From the NCBI GenBank assembly GCA_025997275.1, contig BNUJ01000042.1:1-12533 (forward strand): 12,533 bases of DNA, written 5' to 3'. The stretch is from Deferribacterales bacterium (GTDB taxonomy: Bacteria; Chrysiogenota; Deferribacteres; Deferribacterales; JAISNW01). The position numbers and the translations under genes are program-made. This document shows, piece by piece, positions 8,165 to 12,533 of this stretch; position 1 is the stretch's first letter, and each line of letters begins with the position of its first letter. The notes beneath the pieces are model-generated. The model worked only from the letters and a program-made list of their open reading frames with translations, was not told where the DNA came from and did no database searches.

Positions 8165-8193
8165 CTTATAGCGCAAAATAATACTTTTGTCAA
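8165..8193 (-). promoter_or_regulatory. Sigma70-type promoter for rlpA (minus strand TTGACA-17-TATAAG); predicted TSS within 1-3 nt of the ATG, i.e. leaderless
   Basis: The plus strand reads tgtcaa at 8188-8193, overlapping the moeB stop codon at 8190-8192, and cttata at 8165-8170 with 17 nt between. The rlpA ATG is at 8156-8154 and no Shine-Dalgarno is present. Confidence 0.45.
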
Positions 8194-8945
8194 GTGGCAC
8201 CACAAACAGGGCATTGACTATTTTTATTGACAGCAACCTTTCTAAAACTCATATCCTTGGCGTTAAACGTCAACAGGCTGTTATATAACGGCTCCCCTAC
8301 CCCCGTAAGCACCTTAATAGCTTCCGCTACTTGTATAGTTCCCAAAATGCCCGGTATGACACCAACTAAACCTACAACTGCAGTAGTAGGCACTGCCTCA
8401 ACTGGTGGCGGAGCATTAAAGACGCACGCATAGCAAGCTGTCTTACGTGGTTTAATCGTCATCGTCTGCCCGCTCCACTGCGAAACTCCGCCGTGCGAAA
8501 ATGGCTTATTGGCTAAAACACAAGCCTCGTTTATAAGAAATTTTATGGTAAAGTTATCGGTACAGTCCATAACAAAATCATAAGGTTCTATAAGCTCTGA
8601 AATATTGCTTTTATCAACCCTTGTATGATAGGTGCTAACATTAACATTCGGATTCAAGGCACTCATCTTCCATAAGGCAGACTGCACCTTTTCTTTGCCA
8701 ATCTCTGGTGTGGTGTGTATTATCTGCCGATGCAAGTTGCTCGTCTCCACAACATCACCATCTACTATCCCTATTTCCTTCACGCCAACTGCCGCTAAAT
8801 ACAGTGCTGCAGGCGAGCCAAGCCCGCCAACCCCTATTATAAGCACCCTGCTGTCAGCTAGCCTACGTTGCCCCTCTACGCCAAAATCTTGCAACACAAT
8901 ATGACGCGAATAGCGCGCTAACTCTTCCTCGTTAAATACGCTCAC
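8190..8945 (-). CDS. ThiF/MoeB/HesA-family E1-like adenylyltransferase (molybdopterin- or thiamine-synthase sulfur carrier activating enzyme)
   Basis: RYSRHIVLQDFGVEGQRRLADSRVLIIGVGGLGSPAALYLAAVGVKEIGIVDGDVVETSNLHRQ contains the GxGxxG nucleotide-binding signature and the conserved R-Q. The paired CxxC motifs (ACYACV ... CPVCG) match the MoeB/ThiF zinc site. The start is GTG at 8945 with Shine-Dalgarno AGGAG 7 nt upstream. Confidence 0.85.
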   Translation of the reverse strand: MSVFNEEELARYSRHIVLQDFGVEGQRRLADSRVLIIGVGGLGSPAALYLAAVGVKEIGIVDGDVVETSNLHRQIIHTTPEIGKEKVQSALWKMSALNPNVNVSTYHTRVDKSNISELIEPYDFVMDCTDNFTIKFLINEACVLANKPFSHGGVSQWSGQTMTIKPRKTACYACVFNAPPPVEAVPTTAVVGLVGVIPGILGTIQVAEAIKVLTGVGEPLYNSLLTFNAKDMSFRKVAVNKNSQCPVCGAT

Positions 8946-8968
8946 TTAACAACTCCTAATATAGCGGA

Positions 8969-8997
8969 ATGATAGCTTAAAAACTACTGCCTGTCAA
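8969..8997 (-). promoter_or_regulatory. Sigma70-type promoter for the moeB-like gene (minus strand TTGACA-17-TATCAT)
   Basis: The plus strand reads tgtcaa at 8992-8997 and atgata at 8969-8974 with a 17-nt spacer. The TSS is about 17 nt upstream of the GTG start and retains the AGGAG Shine-Dalgarno. Confidence 0.4.
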
Positions 8998-9020
8998 GAA
9001 AATGACCTAGCTATTTCTGC

Positions 9021-9049
9021 TTGATTTATTGTATTGTCTAATGTATATT
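9021..9049 (+). promoter_or_regulatory. Candidate sigma70 promoter for the stomatin-pssA operon (TTGATT-17-TATATT)
   Basis: ttgatt at 9021-9026, a 17-nt spacer, and tatatt at 9044-9049. The Shine-Dalgarno aaggag at 9076-9081 lies 9 nt before the ATG at 9091. This promoter is divergent from the moeB promoter. Confidence 0.35.
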
Positions 9050-9090
9050 TATAGAATAGTATTAGAATGTTTATTAAGGAGTGCTAATAT

Positions 9091-9849
9091 ATGCTTTCAC
9101 TGATACCATTGTTTGTCTTGCTAGTGATATTTGCCAGCGTGGTAGTCCCCTGCATAAAGGTATTGCAGGAGTATGAACGTGCTGTCATATTCAGACTAGG
9201 ACGTTTCGTAGGAGTGCGCGGACCTGGGCTGATTATATTGGTGCCTGCGTTAGAACGCATGGTGCGTGTAAATCTCAGAACGCTTGTTATGGACGTACCC
9301 TCGCAGGACACTATCACAAAAGATAATATATCCATAAAAGTGAATGCTGTTATATACTTCCGTGTTGTAGTGCCTGAAAAGTCAGTGTTAGAAGTAGATG
9401 ACGCATACTATGCTACCAGTCAGATAGCTCAGACTACACTCCGTAGCATTATCGGACAGTTTGACCTAGATGACCTATTATCCCATCGCGACAAAATAAA
9501 TATGGAGTTGCAAACAGTTATAGATAAACAAACCGACCCGTGGGGCGTTAAGATAGGCTCGGTGGAGATGAAACATATAGACCTACCGCAAGAGATGCAA
9601 AGAGCTATGGCAAAGCAGGCTGAAGCTGAACGCGACCGCAGAGCTAAAGTTATCAACGCAGACGGCGAATATCAAGCTGCTACGAAACTTGCAGAAGCAA
9701 GCAATATTATGGAGAACAACCCTATCACATTGCAGCTACGATACCTGCAAACGCTGTCTGACATATCTAGCAAAGAGGGTTCTACAACCATTATCCCTAT
9801 ACCGCTTGATATATTTCAGACTATAACCAGTAAAGCGACTGGTAAATAA
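9091..9849 (+). CDS. SPFH/band-7 (stomatin-like, slipin/QmcA-type) membrane protein
   Basis: An N-terminal TM helix ([16 protein letters not shown]) is followed by a canonical SPFH core: [26 protein letters not shown], ...[31 protein letters not shown]..., then the coiled-coil tail [33 protein letters not shown] typical of bacterial stomatins (YbbK/QmcA, PH1511-like). Confidence 0.9.
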   Translation: MLSLIPLFVLLVIFASVVVPCIKVLQEYERAVIFRLGRFVGVRGPGLIILVPALERMVRVNLRTLVMDVPSQDTITKDNISIKVNAVIYFRVVVPEKSVLEVDDAYYATSQIAQTTLRSIIGQFDLDDLLSHRDKINMELQTVIDKQTDPWGVKIGSVEMKHIDLPQEMQRAMAKQAEAERDRRAKVINADGEYQAATKLAEASNIMENNPITLQLRYLQTLSDISSKEGSTTIIPIPLDIFQTITSKATGK

Positions 9850-9857
9850 GAGGTTTT

Positions 9858-10574
9858 ATGCGTCCTAATCTTGTCATACCAAATATGATTACTATGATGA
9901 GCATCCTAGCCAGCGTTTATTCTATGGTGCTGACGCTCAGGGGTTCATACGTCTTGGCTGCAATAGCAATAATCGTAGCAGCTATATTTGACGGGATGGA
10001 CGGTAAAGTGGCACGACTAATGAACGGTGCCAGCGAGTTCGGCATACAAATGGATTCTTTGGCTGACGTTATCTCATTCGGCGTAGCTCCAGCATTTCTA
10101 GTGTACGTGTGGAAGATAAATGAGCTTGGCAGATTAGGCACTATGGTGATGTTCTTATATATCGCCTGCGGTGCACTTAGGTTGGCACGGTTTAACGTTC
10201 AAACAAAAGTCATAAGCAACGTTTTCTTTGTGGGCTTGCCTATACCAGCAGCAGCAACGGCACTTGTATCAAGCATACTGTTCTTAAAACGCACAAATAT
10301 GTTGGAAAGAGATATATTGCCCCCTATATACCTAGCCATAACGCTAATGCTAGCCCTTCTAATGGTTAGCATAGTCCCCTACTACAGCTTTAAGCGGCTC
10401 GGCGAATTAAAGAAACACCCGTTTGGTATGGCTGTAATACTCGCAGTCCTTATATTTGCTGTGGGACTAGAACCATACATTACACTCTTTGTGCTGATGT
10501 CAGCATACATAGTATCAGGTTTCATAATGTTGCCTTTTGCAAAACGTATTACGGCGAAATTAGAGTCTGAATAA
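9858..10574 (+). CDS. pssA: CDP-diacylglycerol--serine O-phosphatidyltransferase (CDP-alcohol phosphatidyltransferase family, PssA type)
   Basis: IPNMITMMSILASV ... FDGMDGKVARLMNGASEFGIQMDSLADVISFGVAPAFLVY matches the CDP-OH transferase signature D-G-x2-A-R-x8-G-x3-D-x3-D. The DSLAD/FGVAPA context resembles the B. subtilis / H. pylori PssA type rather than PgsA. Shine-Dalgarno AAGAGG overlaps the stomatin stop, with 8 nt between the genes. Confidence 0.8.
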   Translation: MRPNLVIPNMITMMSILASVYSMVLTLRGSYVLAAIAIIVAAIFDGMDGKVARLMNGASEFGIQMDSLADVISFGVAPAFLVYVWKINELGRLGTMVMFLYIACGALRLARFNVQTKVISNVFFVGLPIPAAATALVSSILFLKRTNMLERDILPPIYLAITLMLALLMVSIVPYYSFKRLGELKKHPFGMAVILAVLIFAVGLEPYITLFVLMSAYIVSGFIMLPFAKRITAKLESE

Positions 10575-12071
10575 TCAGCCTCGCTGTAATAGCAGTGGTT
10601 GCTGTGGTTGTTGTGGTTGCTGTGCCATTGGTTGAGTTGGTTGAGGTTGCCCCGCTGGTGACGGGACTGGATTAGCAGGTTGAGCTTGAGGCTGTGCTGG
10701 TTGTCTTGCCTGAGCCATATTTGCCGTAGCTTGAACTAGCGGACTTTCTATAATATTTCTAATAGTTTCCAGCGTAGTTTTATATGGGATATTTTCACCC
10801 ATTCTTTGTCGCAAGAAACCATTTATGTCGTCTATCTTTTGCAATGCCTCGTCTATTTTCTTATTTGAGCCATGCACATACGCATTTATATTTACTAGAG
10901 CCTCTGCATCGTTATATGTGGCTAGCAGGTCACGAAAACGTCCTGCACTATCAAATGTATCGTCATCTACTAATTCTTTCATAAGCCTTGACGCACTATT
11001 CAACACATCTATTGCAGGGAAGTGGTTTTTGGCAGACAACTGGCGACTCAAAATTATGTGTCCATCTATGATTGAGCGCACCGTATCGCCCACAAGGTCA
11101 TTAGTATCATCAGCTTCCACTAGCACGGTATAAATGCCCGTGATGCTTCCCTTGCCCGAATCCGTGCCTGCACGTTCCAATAGTTTTTGCAACAGCGGTA
11201 TGAAAGATGGAGTAAATCCCTTACTTGCAGGTGGCTCACCAGCGGCAAGCCCTATCTCACGTTGCGAATATGCCACACGGGTAAGGCTATCCATCATCAA
11301 CATAACCCTTTTCCCTTTATCTCTAAAATATTCCGCCACAGCAGTTGTAACATGTGCAGCCATACGGCGGACTAGTGGTGGCTGGTCACCCGTTGCCACT
11401 ATAACAATACTTTTCTTAAAACCCTCCGCCCCTAAATCACGCGTTATAAACTCATTAACCTCTCTGCCGCGCTCGCCTATCAGCCCTATCACATTCACAT
11501 CAGCATTAGTATTACGAGCTATCATGCCCAATAAGACACTCTTACCCACACCACTACCCGCAAATAATCCCATACGTTGCCCGAAACCAACCGTTAATAA
11601 TCCGTCAATAGCTCGTATTCCAGTCTCTACAACATCTCCCCTGCCTATCAATTTGCGCTTTATCGGGTTCGGAGATTTAGCAAATAAAGGCATGCTTACG
11701 CCCCCAATAATCGGAGGTTTGTCGTCCATAGGTCTGCCAAGTCCGTCAAATATACGCCCAACCATATCTTCTGATACTAAAAACGTTGACCCGCTCACCG
11801 CACCTGAAAGCTCATCCACGCTGCAAACTTCGCTACCGGGATATATACCGTCGCTCTCCCCATAAGGCATAAGCAACACCCTGTTATCTCTAAACCCTAT
11901 TATTTCAGCTGGAACGCCTACGCCACTCTTTGTGGCTATATTACATGTAGTGCCTATAGCAAGCATTGGACCATCGGATTCTATGATAAGTCCAACTATC
12001 TTCGTAACCGCACCGCGATACGATATATCTTTAGTTGGCTTTATCTGCTTTAGTATTTGCAAACTGTTCAT
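10575..12071 (-). CDS. fliI: Flagellum-specific type III secretion ATPase FliI with an atypical ~45-aa Gln/Pro-rich C-terminal extension
   Basis: Walker A FAGSGVGKSVLLGMIAR, Walker B VMLMMDSLTRVA, and end-to-end collinearity with Salmonella FliI. The canonical end is near ...ETIRNIIESPLV, after which the ORF continues as QATANMAQARQPAQPQAQPANPVPSPAGQPQPTQPMAQQPQQPQQPLLLQRG. Its ATG at 12071 overlaps fliH by 41 nt. Confidence 0.92.
   Translation of the reverse strand: MNSLQILKQIKPTKDISYRGAVTKIVGLIIESDGPMLAIGTTCNIATKSGVGVPAEIIGFRDNRVLLMPYGESDGIYPGSEVCSVDELSGAVSGSTFLVSEDMVGRIFDGLGRPMDDKPPIIGGVSMPLFAKSPNPIKRKLIGRGDVVETGIRAIDGLLTVGFGQRMGLFAGSGVGKSVLLGMIARNTNADVNVIGLIGERGREVNEFITRDLGAEGFKKSIVIVATGDQPPLVRRMAAHVTTAVAEYFRDKGKRVMLMMDSLTRVAYSQREIGLAAGEPPASKGFTPSFIPLLQKLLERAGTDSGKGSITGIYTVLVEADDTNDLVGDTVRSIIDGHIILSRQLSAKNHFPAIDVLNSASRLMKELVDDDTFDSAGRFRDLLATYNDAEALVNINAYVHGSNKKIDEALQKIDDINGFLRQRMGENIPYKTTLETIRNIIESPLVQATANMAQARQPAQPQAQPANPVPSPAGQPQPTQPMAQQPQQPQQPLLLQRG
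10596..10650 (-). repeat. In-frame imperfect 9-nt tandem repeats (CAGTGGTTGC / TGTGGTTGT / TGTGGTTGC; TTGGTTGAG x2) encoding the QQP/QPQ tract of the FliI tail
   Basis: The plus strand reads gcagtggttgctgtggttgttgtggttgctgtgccattggttgagttggttgaggttg. The unit length is 9 nt (3 codons), so expansion or contraction would preserve the frame. Confidence 0.6.
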
Positions 12072-12533
12072 ATATCTTATCTGCTAACCCACTAACCCAT
12101 GTATCAACGCTTAAATCAACGTCGCCTAGCTTTGTTTTAATGATAACTCCACCTTTATCAATACTCTGGTCTATAGTCACGCCATATTGCGGGAACACCG
12201 ACGATACATTCTCCGCATCAGTCGGATTTACCGTGAACACTAAATGTTGCACGTCAGCAAGCCGTTTCAATGACGACTTTATCAATCCTATAACAAACAT
12301 ATCATTCACCTTGCGCTCTGCACCGATAAGCTCACGCAAGTAAGCTATAATAATCTCTGGAAATTGCGTGTCCAGCTCGTCCATAGCAACGCTCAACTTA
12401 TGTATTTCCTTTACTGCCTCTATCCATTGCTTTTCAACACGGTCAATATAGTCGCTCTTCTGCGCCTCATAGTTGCGGTCGCTCTCTACCTTCTGGTCTG
12501 TCCGTCCTGCCTGATAACCTTCATCGTATCCCT
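12031..12533 (-). CDS. fliH: Flagellar assembly protein FliH (FliI regulator); N-terminus lies beyond the window end
   Basis: The minus-strand frame stays open from the TAA at 12033-12031 to the window edge. The translation reads ...GYDEGYQAGRTDQKVESDRNYEAQKSDYIDRVEKQWIEAVKEIHKLSVAMDELDTQFPEIIIAYLRELIGAERKVNDMFVIGLIKSSLKRLADVQHLVFTVNPTDAENVSSV...IIKTKLGDVDLSVDTWVSGLADKI. It carries the FliH/YscL GYxEG motif and the conserved C-terminal FliI-binding domain, and sits in the canonical fliH-fliI arrangement with an overlap. Confidence 0.8.
   Translation of the reverse strand, partial: GYDEGYQAGRTDQKVESDRNYEAQKSDYIDRVEKQWIEAVKEIHKLSVAMDELDTQFPEIIIAYLRELIGAERKVNDMFVIGLIKSSLKRLADVQHLVFTVNPTDAENVSSVFPQYGVTIDQSIDKGGVIIKTKLGDVDLSVDTWVSGLADKIYEQFANTKADKAN

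Noticed and set aside
8227-8904. Plus-strand ORFs 8227-8433 and 8632-8904 inside the moeB-like gene, and 7359-8181 ORFs inside rlpA
   Set aside because: They are antisense to confidently identified genes. The translations are Pro/Thr/Ser-rich low-complexity with no family resemblance.
8946-9090. Possible Moco riboswitch or other cis-regulatory RNA upstream of the moeB-like gene
   Set aside because: The intergenic region is only 145 bp and is shared with the divergent stomatin promoter. The predicted moeB leader is about 17 nt, far too short for the ~130-nt Moco aptamer, and I did not see conserved Moco-motif stems.
11134-11865. 243-aa plus-strand ORF (Pro/Ser-rich) inside fliI
   Set aside because: It is antisense to the highly conserved FliI ATPase core and has a low-complexity translation with no Shine-Dalgarno. 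It is a typical spurious antisense frame opposite a conserved gene.
1-12533. CRISPR arrays, IS elements, integrases, toxin-antitoxin or defence-system signatures
   Set aside because: There are no direct-repeat/spacer periodicity, terminal inverted repeats, transposase or integrase-like ORFs, or small paired ORFs. Essentially all coding capacity is accounted for by recognisable housekeeping, envelope and flagellar genes.

Overview
This 12.5-kb window looks like a compact, mostly housekeeping chromosomal segment from a flagellated Gram-negative-type bacterium. It is moderately AT-rich, uses ATA and CTA codons heavily, and has sigma70-like TTGACA-N17-TATAAN promoters. In order along the window: (1) the 3' end of a flagellin-family gene; (2) four tRNA genes on the minus strand (Lys-UUU, Glu-UUC, Val-UAC, Asp-GUC) with a strong promoter upstream; (3) a divergently transcribed 882-aa AsmA-family envelope protein; (4) a two-TM methyl-accepting chemotaxis protein; (5) a UPF0126/TRIC-like membrane protein; (6) a minus-strand pair rlpA (lipoprotein, DPBB and SPOR domains) -> trmI (tRNA m1A methyltransferase); (7) a minus-strand MoeB/ThiF-family adenylyltransferase; (8) a plus-strand stomatin/SPFH gene followed closely by pssA (phosphatidylserine synthase); and (9) a convergent minus-strand fliH-fliI pair, with fliH running off the window end. 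Nearly all the DNA is coding, and two convergent gene pairs overlap or abut with no intergenic space. I found no CRISPR array, mobile element, toxin-antitoxin pair, defence-like cluster or orphan non-coding stretch, and I cannot support a claim of a novel multi-gene system here. The most unusual items are a roughly 45-residue Gln/Pro-rich C-terminal tail on the FliI ATPase, encoded by in-frame 9-nt tandem repeats; a tRNA-Lys that alone encodes its CCA end and carries a U29.C41 mismatch; a T-arm-like tRNA fragment overlapping the tRNA promoter; and an apparently leaderless, SD-less rlpA start whose -35 box overlaps the moeB stop codon. All coordinates were read by hand from the sequence, so boundaries of promoters and tRNAs may be off by 1-2 nt.
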